A stretch of 63,745 bases of DNA, filler included, from Collodictyon triciliatum (taxonomy: Eukaryota), in assembly GCA_043381765.1 (NCBI GenBank). It is 4 parts of 4 records of this genome, joined end to end, with 100 filler letters (N's around TTAATTAATTAA, not from the genome) between each part and the next. Parts side by side here need not be neighbours in the genome. Positions count along the whole stretch, not along the records: positions 1 to 26,488 come from JBHJMP010001468.1; 3 more parts are not named here. One strand, written 5' to 3'. Within the stretch, counting starts at the first letter, position 1. Each line of letters begins with the position of its first letter. Of this stretch, positions 1 through 13,340 are shown piece after piece. The position numbers and the translations under genes are program-made. The notes beneath the pieces are model-generated. The model saw only the letters and a program-made list of their open reading frames with translations, was not told the origin of the DNA and searched no databases.

Positions 1-135
1 AGAAAAAAAAGAGAAAAAAAAGAGAAAAAAAAGAGAAAAAAAAGAGAAAAAAAGAGAAAAAGAGAAAAAGAGAAAAAGAGAAAAAGAGAAAAAGAGAAAA
101 AGAGAAAAAGAGAAAAAAAGAGAAAAAGAATAAGA
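1..135. repeat. A/G-rich microsatellite, (AAAAGAG)n-like
   Basis: Tandem aaaagag / aaaaaaaagag units at the window start. Confidence 0.9.
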
Positions 136-705
136 AACAAGAGAAGGCCCAAACCCAGGTAGATGCAGCTGCGTATTGCTGTGAAGGAGCTATGGCATAT
201 CCTGAAGTCGCCTGGGTTCTTGTTTACGCTGCGCCACATATAACCCGACTTCAGTTGAGGCTGATCATAGAAGGGAGCAGTTTTGCTCGCAGAGAAAGGA
301 ACAGCCTTTCAGGTTTGGCCTTCAAAGGAGAAAGTATAGCGGGCGGATCGTAGAATATACCACTGAAGAAAGGTGTCGATCTCGTCGTCGCAGGAATATC
401 GGATTTTGCTCCGCAGCTTCGAAACAAAGTCCAGCGTGGGTGTTTGCGGCTCGCTGCTCTCTTGCATGCTGGTGCCTAGCCATCATTACCATTAGCTCTA
501 TGCATCACACTCCCTCTTTCTTTCCTATTTTTATTCTTAAGAATACAAGAATATATAGAAAACAAAGAAATAAAGAAAAGCGCACGGCTTCTGTGTGGGA
601 ATTTCACGTTTGTGTTGAAGCTACCTCTTTTGAGGCCATCACGCGAAACGAGTTCTAATTTGAATCAAATCGTATTTTCGTTTCATTTCATTATACTTTT
701 GCCCG

Positions 706-797
706 GGACAAAGACAAAGACAAAGACAAAGACAAAGACAAAGCAGAGTGCGCTTTGCGTTTGCGTTTGCGTTTGCGTTTGCGTTTGCGTTTGCGTT
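706..797. repeat. Adjacent hexamer microsatellites (GACAAA)n and (GTTTGC)n
   Basis: Read directly; they explain the spurious TKTK/CVCV/RKRK ORFs. Confidence 0.9.
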
Positions 798-964
798 TCA
801 CTTTGATATCAGACGACGAGAGGTTGTGACAAAGGCGCAAGTATTGTGATGTGTTCGTAACCACGCAAGAGAGCCATCGGATTACCATGCGATTCATGTC
901 TTTCTTTGCGAGCTTCTCATTTCCAATACATCGTTTCATCTATTCGAGCATGAAAGCATATTTA

Positions 965-3900
965 TTAATCCAAGAGGGGATCTGTCAGCCTAGGCTGGGT
1001 CAAACCCTTCATCTGAACTAGCTTTTGTTTGATATCACCACCTTGAAAAATCGGAAAAACAAAAGCGACCGATGTAAAATAAAGCAGCCATGCCGAGTTA
1101 ATGCCGATGACAAGTATGGCGATCCAAGACTGAGAGCCGAACAAAGTCGACAGAAGCGATAGGAAAAATGAAATGAATATGATGTATAAACTGGACAGCT
1201 CCATTTGATTCTCGATTTTTGAGTTGTACGGCTGGTATTTCTTTTGCATCCAAATCGAACCCTGTATAATAATATTTTTGTTTATTTGTTAAAACTGTGT
1301 AATAATACGTGATGTAAAAGGAATTGGAACAAATATTGAATTTTAACCTGAATGACAACCACGAGGAGCGTAAAAAAAACGGATGGATTGGTATATGGAA
1401 TGACACTGAGGATAAAAGAGAAAACAAGACGACGCGCGATGATGACAAACTCCCAGTTCCTGTAAATCTAGATGAAATGAAGAAATAAAAATACTTTCAG
1501 TGACACTGGGATGATACTGCAACCATTATAAGTACTACCTCTTTGTATGGCAAGTATAAGAATCCATATCGCGCTCTTGGTTCGTATCCATGCCTTACTG
1601 ACATAATGCTTACTTTCCACCAGACGAAGACAGGTAAGGCAAGCAGGAATAGAATAAAGACAGGGACAGAGACAGCAAGAAGAGTTTTATACTCATACGA
1701 GGCCGGATTACATTGAATCCAAGGCTTGAAATTTAAATACCATCGATCTTCACCATCATCATAAACAGTACATCCAAAAACACCAAACACTTCTCGAGCA
1801 ACAGAGTAGTAAATGAAAAATAGAAGATTCAAAGTGATGAGCACCGCCTATTTTGGTATCAGCATAAGATTAATGAATTCTTGAATCGGTGCTATGGAAA
1901 GGACTGGTTTACGAAACCAAAGTATTTGATCGTTACCTTATTTTGATTGTGCCCGCGCCCAAAGTAGTACATTACAAAGCCCACACTGAGGAAAACAGGT
2001 ATTCTTACAAAACTTACAATTAGAGAGCTCAAGACACTATCAATTCCTAGGACACATGAAAGATTGGGGAATTGAATTGAGGCAGCTGATGACAGAGTGT
2101 CAATAAAGTTATTTGAGTCACTTGATTCATTGATTCCAGATGAAACAATCGAGAGCGTCTGCATATGAAACAGAATGATTCTTATCTTGGCTACAAAAAT
2201 TATGCAATTGTAAATAATCCCGTGATGAATTCTAATGTAAATTACAATTGAATTGTTCATAAAAGTATCTTCACAGATTGAAATGTAAAACCTTTATGCT
2301 CATACTGACCTGATTTTGAAGTTTCGGAGAAGTAGAGATACCCTATGAAAGCAGAAAATCCCATCACACCGATAATTAGGGTCGAATAAATCGCTTCGTC
2401 TTTGCACTCCACACACGATCTGCCTTGATTTCCATATCCTTTTTGGCATTTCGAGCATGCACGTCCCTGGTATCCATCTCTGCACAATTGGGTAATTTCA
2501 ACAGTGGTGTTTGAATTGGAGACTGTTTCAGGGACAAGTGTATCACATGACTTTGATAATGGGCATGGAAGAATCGATCTCAATCCAGCAACTTTTGGTG
2601 AAGCATGACAGTATCTCAAAGATGCTCCGTCTAGGCATTCACATTCTCTTGGGCATGGAATACAATTGTTTCCAAAACCAAAGTACCCAGGCAAGCATTT
2701 ACAAAATTCATAGTCATAATATTTTGGGTTTAAACTTATTTCTAATTTTATCAAACCCGAGCTTGAAATAATCGACGGACACAAGTAAGTTTTGGATTCA
2801 TTTTCCAAATTGAACGGTGCTGTGTAGCTCGTGAAATTGGGAAGAAAGTTGCCTGTTCCATGATTCATGGAGTTAATATCCAAACCTAGATATTCGAGTT
2901 TGGAAAACCCACTGTATGATTCAGGAATGTTTCCTCTAATCGGATTTCCAGAAAGTTCCAGAGAGGTCCATCTCAACAAATTAGTAAGCTCATCAAGTTT
3001 CGTTAAGCAGTTATTTCTCAAACTTAATTTTCTCAAATTGAAAACGAATCCGAATATTCTCCAATTTAATTCTCCGTAGAGTTTGTTGTCATCAATAAGA
3101 AGATTCTCATAAAAGTAAACAGTGCCTACAATTGGGACAATAAAGATGCTGACATCTCCTGAAAAGGAATTACTTCTCAAGTCTATTGTCATTAGATTTG
3201 GTAAAGACCAAAAACTATCAGATATGCTTCCAGAAAACCGATTATGAGATAAAGTCAAGGATTTTAATTCCGATAGCGTCTCAAAGAAATCTGGGATTGT
3301 TTCATTCATATCATTTCGAGACAAATCTATGTATTGGACGAGCGGAATATACAATTGACTGGATATAGGGCCCGTTATATTGTTCTCACTGACATCTAAT
3401 CTTGAAAGCATCGATAATTTGAAAGGAGGCAGATTTCCAGTAAAGTTGTTTCTAAATAGGACCATTTCTTTAAAATTTGAACACCTTTCGAAAGAAGGTA
3501 TCTGACCTCCAAGCTGATTTTCATAGACAGAAAACGATTCCATGAACTGCAGATTCGAAAAGTTTGGAACTGTGCCTATATAATTTCTTTATTGAATGAA
3601 CTTAAAGACATATTCTAATACATGAAAATTACCCGACAAAAGGTTTCTATCAAAATATATCCATTTTACTTCCGCAATACCATCGAAATTCGGAATGGTT
3701 CCTAATAGTCAGTTCATTGGTCTTGGTAAGTAAGACTATAGTGGAAAACAAAATGATTGTTTCATGGGTACCACCTCTCAATTTATTGCTGCTAAGGTAA
3801 ATCTCTTGAACAACTGGGATTCTATCGAAGTTTGGAGTGGAACCTATAAAAATACTCGAGCGTGAGTATTAAGTGCTATGATTCAAAATAGAAATAATGT

Positions 3901-5812
3901 AAACCGGTTAATTTGTTGCTGGATAAGTAGATCATTTTGACTTTTGGAACGCCACTGAAGTTAGGAATCGTTTCTAGATAAATTGAGCTGATAAAAAAAA
4001 ATGAAAGGTGCATATGATTCATTTTTGTAGTAAATATAACCACTAAGTTGATTGCTGCCTAGGTAAATCCATTCGACGATGGGAATATTCCTGAAGTTTG
4101 GTATAGTTCCTGGGTACTACGCTTAGAAATTATTCAAAGAAGGGAATTTGATTCAAAATTACCATTTAATTTATTTCTTGAAAGGTAAATCCTTTCAACA
4201 TCTGGAATGCCTACAAAGTCTGGAACACTCCCTTGAATAAAATAAATGTTTATAGAATCAATAAAAGAGTAGAAACATTCTTTTTTTTTTTATCTATTTA
4301 TCAAAATGTGCGCCTAATTCAAAATTTAGCAAATAATGAATGTCACCACTAAGGTTGTTGTTAAACAAATAAATCTCTTTGACTCTGAAAATATTCTTAA
4401 AGTCTGGAATAGTCCCTATGAGATACAAATGATTTTACTATAGCCTCAAGACAGCAAAACAGATGAGTTTACAATACCAGACTGATATATCAATATAATT
4501 ACCATTCAATTGATTGCTAATAAAATATATCAGCTTAATATTTGGAAGATTTGCAAAGTCAGGGACTGTGCCTTAAGTATAGCTCATTAGTATACTTCCT
4601 TCAATTAAAAATATTATATGATTCATCGTATTATATGGGAATAAAAAAGCTGAAGCTGAAATGGGCGAACAGAATTACCTGCTATTTTGCTTTCATAAAT
4701 TCCAATTTCTTCAACGGATACCAGACTCGAAAAATCAGGTAGTGTTCCTAAAATATGATTTAAATATTGGCGAAAGACTAATCCATATAATATTTTTGAT
4801 GTACCTGAGAGCTTTGCACTTGAGCCAATCGATAAAATTTTCAAAAAATAAAGCCCAGAAAAGTCGGGGATATAACCCTCCAGTTCATTTCTGTCTATTT
4901 CCAAATGCTGTAGTACAGGAATTTTTCGGAAGTCTGGAATGGTTCCAGTAATCATATTGAAATGAAAATCTAAGTACAATAAACTTGGAAAATTGAAGTC
5001 CACCAGTTTTCCGAAAATAAAATTAAAACTCAAGTCTAAGTCAGCCAAGTATGGAAACTGCTCGATAATGGTTGCAACAATTTCAATATCGCCGTGCGCA
5101 TTATTGTCATCCATCCGAATTGCGACAACAGGACATGTGTTTTCCTATTGGACAATTTTAAGGAGTAAAACATCGAATTTTTGAGTCAGTTTTCTCAATA
5201 CATGACAAAAAAAGAACAGAAAAAAAAACCTACCATGTATTCTTCATCCAAGCAATTTTTGTCACAATCAATCCCATACCAGTCGCATATGGGTATTGTT
5301 TCTTCCTTCCATCCACTAGTGTTAGACCACTTATCTCCGTTAGTTGCATCATAAAATTGAGTAAGAAGCTGAATTTGGGACGACTGATTGTGTTCGATTT
5401 TGTCATTCAGCTGAGGCGAGGCATCTAAATCGTCAAGCTTCACGCCCTTGGTCGTAAATTTACGGTATTTTGCATACGGTTTCTTATCTGCATTTGTTAT
5501 ATTTTCGGATTGTCTGCCTGCATTAACCCCACGGCCCAGGCTTGTGTAATGGGTTTGAGAATCGCGGGTGCGATGATTTGGCGAGTAATAAGAACGTTCT
5601 TCTAAAATTGGGAGGCATGTATCATCGTATAGTTCCAGTAGAATATGAAAAGCATCCTCCATTCTCATAGACTGAAGCTCGTGTCTTGTATACTGGCAGC
5701 TTGTTTGGAAAGGTATTTTAGTTATTTGAGCTTTTGTATTGGAGGAGTTATACCTTTCGAAAGATCGTGCTGGGATAGAAGCTGCCAGTATGAGGACCAC
5801 ACAAATGTGCAT
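965..5812 (-). CDS. LRR + Cys-rich + multi-pass transmembrane (GPCR/TRP-like) receptor, multi-exon, apparently intact
   Basis: Signal-like start MHICVVLILAAS; LRRNT cap (LTQFYDATNGDKWSNTSGW...CDWYGIDC); plant-type LRRs (LxxNxLxGxIP); Cys-rich CKCLPGYFG...C..C and CRDGYQGRACSKC; TM region with FGC...WYL...PWIQC, YGFLYLPYKE|IYRNWEF and QPY..ENQME. Hand splicing through GT-AG introns keeps frame to TAA at 965-967. Confidence 0.88.
3633..4747 (-). repeat. Array of eight 69-nt single-LRR exons (phase 1-1)
   Basis: Exons at 3633-3701, 3775-3843, 3905-3973, 4041-4109, 4163-4231, 4347-4415, 4503-4571 and 4679-4747. Each encodes one 23-aa LRR, e.g. GTIPNFDGIAEVKWIYFDRNLLS and GSTPNFDRIPVVQEIYLSSNKLR, bounded by AG| and |GT. 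Confidence 0.9.
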
Positions 5813-7226
5813 CTTAATTAGTCGATAGTGTCTACGTTGTTTGATAAAAAATTGTAAGACATACAAGTTTGAATATGGATTGTCTATGCATGACGAGCTT
5901 ATCTTAAGAATAATTGTAACGACAGCAGTGCCAAAATTTAAACCATGAAAGTGTAAGAATATGCCATCCCAGTGCATTGGGATGAGATAAACAATCTCTT
6001 GCTTTAAAATTTTAAATTTTCATGAATGTGCATGCATTATAGAAACTGCTTGGTTTATTTCATAGGAATCTTTTTTTCTTACTGACTACGTTGGTTAACC
6101 ATTTTTTTCGACATCAGAAAATCAAGGGGCTCTTGTGGTGGCGGGCTTATTTCACTGCGGTGGCTAATAATGGACTAGGCTGAAATAGGTCAAAATATCG
6201 CTGATGAATTCATTTTAAGATGGTGCGTTCAACATAACCAAAATTTTTTTTGTTCTATTCATCTCGATATTAAACACCTATTGACTTTCTAACTTTTTTT
6301 TTTTTTTGTGGTTGTTGATATACTGACAGTGATAAAATGTACCGAATTAATTTTTTTTATGCATAATCATGAATGTGTAGATATATTTTAAAGTTAAATT
6401 TGAATCATTTCTGCGGGCTTGTACGTTTTTTTTTTTTTTTTTTTAAAGAGACACAACCCAATACACGGTTTTTTAAAAAAAAATTCATATATTTTTGAGT
6501 TTTGCTCTCCTGATTGAGAGGGTGAGCATTGCTATGGGTTATTGAAAGTAAATGAGTATGCAACAATATATCCAAGGAGACGAAAATGTCAATCATTTAA
6601 ACAGGTGCGCTCGACATCATGAGTCGATTGAACAAAATATATGAAGTATGAACGAAATCGTCTCATAAGAATTAATTTAATACAATTTAGTTACATTTTA
6701 TCAATTAAAATAATATCTCTTGTATTAAAATTCTAAAGTAGTATGCGGAATAAGTCATTTCAGATGGTTGGTAGCCATATCTATTTGGAGGAAAGAGATC
6801 ATATCCAGCGCGATGCAGGACTCAAATGCATGAGTTCTTATGAATGGAATTTTATGTTAGAAGTATTCCAAAAAGCATGATGTTAATGAACAACAGACCA
6901 TACCATATTTTTGTCCTGCATAATCGATTTCATCAAATAAAGTGCACATTAGCAAACCAAAGCCAGTATCCCACCACCCTGCACAAAACTGAAAGGAATA
7001 ATAAAAAAAAATCAAATAAAGCACAAATTGTCAGGATACATTAGTGATTATTCAAAAATATAAAGGACATTCAGGATTCAAATAAATGTTGAAATATAGA
7101 CAGAAAATAATAAATAAACCAATATTCAGATAAATGGATAAAAATGTAAAAATAATATAAAATTCTACCCTGTGAGATTTTCCTTGCTTCGTATCATCAA
7201 CTCAAGAACTTTGCGTGTGGTTCTGA

Positions 7227-7845
7227 NNNNNNNNNNNNNNNNNNNNNNNNNNNNNNNNNNNNNNNNNNNNNNNNNNNNNNNNNNNNNNNNNNNNNNNNNN
7301 NNNNNNNNNNNNNNNNNNNNNNNNNNNNNNNNNNNNNNNNNNNNNNNNNNNNNNNNNNNNNNNNNNNNNNNNNNNNNNNNNNNNNNNNNNNNNNNNNNNN
7401 NNNNNNNNNNNNNNNNNNNNNNNNNNNNNNNNNNNNNNNNNNNNNNNNNNNNNNNNNNNNNNNNNNNNNNNNNNNNNNNNNNNNNNNNNNNNNNNNNNNN
7501 NNNNNNNNNNNNNNNNNNNNNNNNNNNNNNNNNNNNNNNNNNNNNNNNNNNNNNNNNNNNNNNNNNNNNNNNNNNNNNNNNNNNNNNNNNNNNNNNNNNN
7601 NNNNNNNNNNNNNNNNNNNNNNNNNNNNNNNNNNNNNNNNNNNNNNNNNNNNNNNNNNNNNNNNNNNNNNNNNNNNNNNNNNNNNNNNNNNNNNNNNNNN
7701 NNNNNNNNNNNNNNNNNNNNNNNNNNNNNNNNNNNNNNNNNNNNNNNNNNNNNNNNNNNNNNNNNNNNNNNNNNNNNNNNNNNNNNNNNNNNNNNNNNNN
7801 NNNNNNNNNNNNNNNNNNNNNNNNNNNNNNNNNNNNNNNNNNNNN
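7227..7845. other. Assembly gap (Ns)
   Basis: Run of N. Confidence 1.
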
Positions 7846-8199
7846 CAAAAACAGTCAGAGGCTACGGTGTGGTTTTCGTACCTTCGAACACGGTTTACAC
7901 TCAGAGCAGAACTTGCTGATCTGTGTGGCGTGGGCTGTTCTTGACTAGTGCAGGCCATGGAGTTCTTGTGGATGAGATTGTTCAAGGCGTTCTGGCGGCT
8001 CTGGAGCAGCAGCCTTGCCTTTTCATGGCCAAAAACTTGGTTGACAGCCACGATGAGCGATTTGTGGACTTTTGGCAATTGTTTTGGTTGAAGGCACAAA
8101 CGCGGCAAATCTGGAAGCAGAGCACCCACCCGTTTCTGGGTTTTACAGCCGGTCTTTTTTTATATGCGCAAGTTACCTTTAACTCCAAAACCCACAGGA

Positions 8200-9750
8200 T
8201 TTTTTCCACTTTATTCTATTCAAAGTGCAGCGAGGTTATGCCATACAAAGGGGCGGGATGGGAGCGCATGGCAGAGAGCAAACGCGAGTAGGAGAAGACA
8301 CTACCACGAAGCGGCTAAAGGAAAGAAATCAGTGATAGCGAGTTGGTCAGGCGGGCGACCCAACTGGTTGATTGGTTGCGTGGGTAGCAGGGGTTGGATA
8401 TGCTGTGGGAGATATCTTACGACACATTCCCACATCTCTCTTCGCTTGCGGTCAGAGTAGCGAAGAATACGAGCGTGTTTCAGCAGGCTGTTCAGGAAGC
8501 TGTATTGCACGAGGCTCTCCAGCCTGGATACATTGATTTCTCGTTCGGGTGAATCATTAAAGCGAGAGAATGCTCATACACTCCATAAGAACCACAGCAT
8601 ATGTCCCCTTGTGACTGTCCAGAGTATTCTAGAGTCGTGGGTCATTTGGTATTGTGCGCCAAAAAAAACAGGATGTCAGACGCGCTGAGACGGCTGGGAG
8701 CATAATCAAGCTCAGAGAGCATCTTGTGGGTAGATTCTGTCACTTTTTGAGCAAGAGAGCACTTCACAAATGTGTGTTCGATAAAGTCATCTCCACTATG
8801 GCATATTGTGCATTCTGGAGAGGTCGTTGCTGCATGGACTACGTGCGCACCTATCCACAGCTCTCTGTTGGAGATATTAAGAAGCAGGGCGCGGTGTTTC
8901 GGGAGTAACTGAGGTATACGGGCTTGCTTCCAGCTTTTGACTATCGGCGGGTCTATAATGCCTATGGTTTCGGCCCAGCGACTCATTTTCTACGGTTTGT
9001 AGGGATTCGGGCTGATGATTTTATATCGAAACAGCTTGGAATATGCCATGGCCCTCGAGAATTGCGGAGATTCGGGTGTAATGGACCGCCTTTGGTTCTT
9101 CAGGCGAAAGAAAAATGGCGACGGCGCTCCGTATGAGATGGGGCGTCGTGAGCGCCATTCCCGTTTGTTGTTCAGGACGGCTGTGGTTGGGGTTGCATTC
9201 GAGGAGTGAAATATCGTTGCATTTTTCGACGATGCAAAGCTCCCATCCTTTTGGAAAGCGACTTGTTGCAGGACGAAGGAGCTGTTTCCTTCTCTCGACT
9301 TGATGATACAGAAGCCTTTTGCTCTATCCCAGCAAATTTGGCCTGTACCCGCATGTAGTTGGGTAGACTCGCACATTTCACAGTTTTCATACAGAACCTT
9401 CCACCGCGCTAGTAGCGGCTCAGGATTATTTGGTGATGGTGACGGGATTCTGCTCTCACAGAGCTGTGCCTTGAAGTTCGGATATATGAGGTGATTAGAT
9501 GCCACATTCCACGCTGCCAAAATCCTTTCGGATGGGTAAGCATATCTGTCCACCGTCTCATCGTGAGCGATGTCCATGTAATACCAGGCGCTATGAGTCC
9601 CAGTCCTCCCTCCGTAGGTGGCTTAGAGAGCGTCTTGTTTTTGTATTTTTGATTATTCGTAGTGATGAAGTCGCGACTGATGTCTTACAGCTTCTTCAGC
9701 CTCTTGATATTCAGCAGAGTGCCTATAATATCGAAGAAAAATTTATTTAA
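8200..9750 (-). mobile_element. 5'-truncated, decayed non-LTR retrotransposon (L1/Tx1-like ORF2 C-terminal part, 3' UTR and A tail)
   Basis: Post-RT motif LSKPPTEGGLGLIAP (~9590-9635); zf-RVT-type CCHC finger CTICHSGDDFIEHTFVKC; WTVTRGHMLWFLW..FN tail motif; in-frame stops (8990, 8642) and frameshifts. The 3' end reads CTTTGAATAGAATAAAGTGGAAAAAA. No TSD found. Confidence 0.8.
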
Positions 9751-9944
9751 AAATCCTTTTTACCTGTGGTGGTAGGTGTAAAAAAAGATTCAAGATTTAT
9801 ACACGTCTGAGAGGAAAATTATCGGTGTTCTCTAAATGCTATTTCGCTATTCTTCTCTGCAAAAATATAATAGCAATTTATCCTATAATGAAACATTGTA
9901 GCTGAAATTATAGCTTCTTTAAGGCGAGTATGTTTTTTTGTATA

Positions 9945-9996
9945 AAATTTAGATTCATTGGGATCGAATAAAGGAATATATTAAATTTATTTTCAT
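9945..9996 (+). mobile_element. Micro-insertion of LINE 3' end (old copy)
   Basis: tgggatcgaataaaggaatatatt between aaatttagattcat (9945-9958) and aaatttattttcat (9983-9996), 12/14 match. Confidence 0.55.
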
Positions 9997-12900
9997 CGTT
10001 CTCAATTATGTTTGTATGCAATTATTGCCAGTCTATTTATCGCTATAAATCATATGTAATGATGTCTCTAACTTTTAAAATTATCAAAAGGACATGGAAA
10101 ATCAAAACAAGTGATATACAGTTGTTTGTGGATAGAGTTTGGAAAATCAGAAAATTAGTGAAATATTTCGCTTTATTCTTTTCTCTGATGATTTGCTTAA
10201 GTAAGATTAGAGGGCATTATCTTGATAAAAGTGTTTCTCATTTTTTCTCGATAGGCAGAGAAAACTTTTGTGTTAACGCCATTTCTCTCCAATGCTATTT
10301 TTATACTTTTTAAGATAGCTATGACCCCCCCCATATGTATGAAACCAGAAATAGGATTATGAATCCACTATTAAGTGCAACTATAGCATATGCTATCCAG
10401 TAGCTCCCTGGGGCCAGTTGTTGAACCAAGGCAGCAAAAAAGAAATATAGAGTAGTAGCCATGAATTAATTGATAGAGCGTCATCAGAACTGAGCAGATA
10501 TGGCTCGAATCTGTTCTGAAGAGTAATGGCTGACTAACATTGATAATTTAAAAAAATTTTAAACTATGTGCACACTTTTCTTCACAAAAATTGATAAGCT
10601 AGTTTTCAAAAAGAAACATACTAGGCGGTTTCCAACTTAATTTTAAAATTTAAAAAATTGTCCATGATTAATCTAAGAGTTCAAAAAATGACTCACTTGA
10701 ATCAGAACGAATATCACAAAATAAAGAATAGCTGGGATGTATACAGAACAACAAACGCGGTAAAACCAAACAGAATAGACTGAATCACTCGAAAAACTAC
10801 CCACCAGTCGTATCTCTGTATTGATAAAGAATATTTTTGGAAAATTTTTCAATGATATTCGATAAAAAAAATTGCAATAGTTACCTCTTCATATATTGCT
10901 GATATTCTATTTATTTGTATTTGACAAATAAGATCAAAATTTGACAGAGATAGGTCAAGCCCCCCTTCGTTTTCTTTGTTTGGTGTAGCATTTTCCGAAA
11001 GGTCGTTTGTTTCATCGCTCATGTGGTGGCTTGAAAATTTTGGGTTTCTTTTTGTTTGTTCCACGTGAATTTTATTATGTCGTCTGTCTTCTTGATTTAC
11101 ACTCGTTAGCTCAACATCCCTCGGTGTTACCTAGTTTAGAGTTGTCACATGTCTGAAAATAATCATACGTTTTTAATTTTTAAAAAGCAATAATACCCTT
11201 ATGATCGATATTGTCACCATAGAGCGATTTAACTCCTTGATATATCGAGACCTCTTCACTATTAGCCATACTAGTGACGTATACAATATCATGTATATGA
11301 GCCCTGGTAAGGCGGCAGCTAGCATCATCGCATAATCATGCGTTAATGGGCTGCATTGGACCCAAGGATAAGCGTTCACAAACCAAGATTCGAAACTTTT
11401 ATCATATAAAGTACATCCAAAAGTACTGATAACATCTTGTGTTACAGAAAAGTAGGTTGCCTCAAGAAAGATAAACATAACTGCGACTACCTAAATGAAT
11501 TCAAGTTCAATTTTAAACAATCAATCGGACAATATTTAGATGTATCATCGATAAAAGCGAACCTTCTTTACATTTTTCTTATCTTTCTTTGATTTGAATG
11601 TGCGAAATGCGAGGAATCCAATAAAAACAATGCACGGGATTCTACTTGAATTCAATAGAGATGTTATATGTGGATGATTTCCAACCATTCATTCTAAACT
11701 AGAAAGCCTCAAAGAAGCGATATTACCAATAAATCTTTCTGTGACACTAAAATCGGGCAGGGTAATAACACCTCCAAGTACTTGCAGAATTTGAGTGTAA
11801 AACAAAAAAATGTCTAGAGAGGCTGTTTCGTAGAAAATAATTGGCATATAAGACTTTTTTGAAACAAAATTAATTATATATTCTTTTTAATTTGTTAAAA
11901 TTTTACCTGATTGGCCCACCCCTTCAGAATTATTAGATCCATTTTGATTAACTGTCCCATCTTCCTGGGTATCTTCTCCTATCCATGCAACAAACACTTG
12001 CCAAAGTATGCCGATAGACAAAACAAACATAAATACAGCAATTCTAAAGAAAGAATAGTCCGCATTACATTCAACACAGACCCTGCTTTCAAATGCAAAG
12101 CCTTTCTCACAGGTAGAACACCCCTTCCAGTAGACCCATTTTTCCAGTCAAAGTCTTTTTCCCCACTCTTGATTGATATCCTTTGATACATATCTGTGCC
12201 TATTGAGTATTGACAAACCTCTGGATTGACACACAAAATCATATCCTGTATTTCGATTACAGAAGGCGTAAAAAAGCAATTTTTCAAGGAAACTCCATTA
12301 GTGCATTCACACTCTATGGGGCATCGACCACATTTATTTGAAAAATCCAAAGTATCCAGGCAAATATTTGCAAAATATGTACTCATAATATATTGGATTC
12401 AACCAAACTTCCATTCTTTGAGGCTCTGATTATGGATATGATAGAAGGGCTAATGTACGAATCTGATAAATTTTCCAAATTATACGGATCACCATATTGC
12501 ATAAATTTAGGAATGAACGATGCATTTTCATGAGTCATGTAAGTGTCTATGAGACCAAGATATTCCATTTTCGAAAAAAGATTGAAAGATTCTGGAATAA
12601 TTCTGATGATTGGATTTCCAGTCATATGGAGTCGATTCCATTTGAGCAAACTTGTCAGGGGTTCCAACCTTAGATATATTGTTGTTTTTCAAACTTACGG
12701 TATTCAAATTACGAATATTGTCGAAAATTCTCCGATTCAATTCTCCATTTAGGTAATTGTCATCCAAAATCAAGGTTTCGTACGTATAATTGTACACATC
12801 AGAGGCTAGTACGACAAATTCGCCTATATCACCCGCAAAAGAATTATTTCTCAAATCTATTGAAACAAGATTTTCAATATTCCAGAACTTATTCGGTTAG

Positions 12901-13340
12901 CTACCCGAAATGTTGTTGTGAGGTATAGAAATGGAATTTAACTTGTAAAGTTTCCCAAAATAAGAGAGAATTAACTCGCTTAAATTGTTTCTCGACAACT
13001 CTATGTACTCTAAAGAGGAAATATCCCAATCATCAGGAATCGATCCAGTAATTAAATTTTCACTAAAATCCAATTTCTTCAAATTTTTCAGCTTCAACCT
13101 GGGAAGCGAACCCGAAAAACTATTCCTGTAGATGAATATCTCAATCAAGCTTTCACACAGTTCGAAGTCAGGAATTTTTCCCTCTAAATTATTATCATAT
13201 GAAGAAAACGATTCCAGATATCCCAAGTTTCTGAAAGATGGCACATTTCCTGATAAAATGATGCATTTTTCGATTTTAAAAGATTTTAGTAGACAAGGCG
13301 TAAAAATCATGCACACAATTTGGTATTTGATATGAAAAAC

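Noticed and set aside
140-440. GC-richer block with a broken minus-strand reading frame
   Set aside because: May be a TE or gene remnant, but I recognise no motif.
3633-4747. Regularly spaced repeat-spacer pattern suggesting a CRISPR array
   Set aside because: The units are divergent coding LRR exons separated by GT-AG introns; no cas genes.
7165-7948. Long ORFs across the N gap
   Set aside because: Artefacts of translating Ns.
7846-8199. Minus-strand ORF-like block next to the LINE tail
   Set aside because: Possibly another element, but cut by the gap and without diagnostic motifs.
12897-12899. In-frame TAA as a sign of stop-codon reassignment
   Set aside because: The same gene has several frameshifts, and intact genes end in TAA, TAG and TGA, so the standard code applies.
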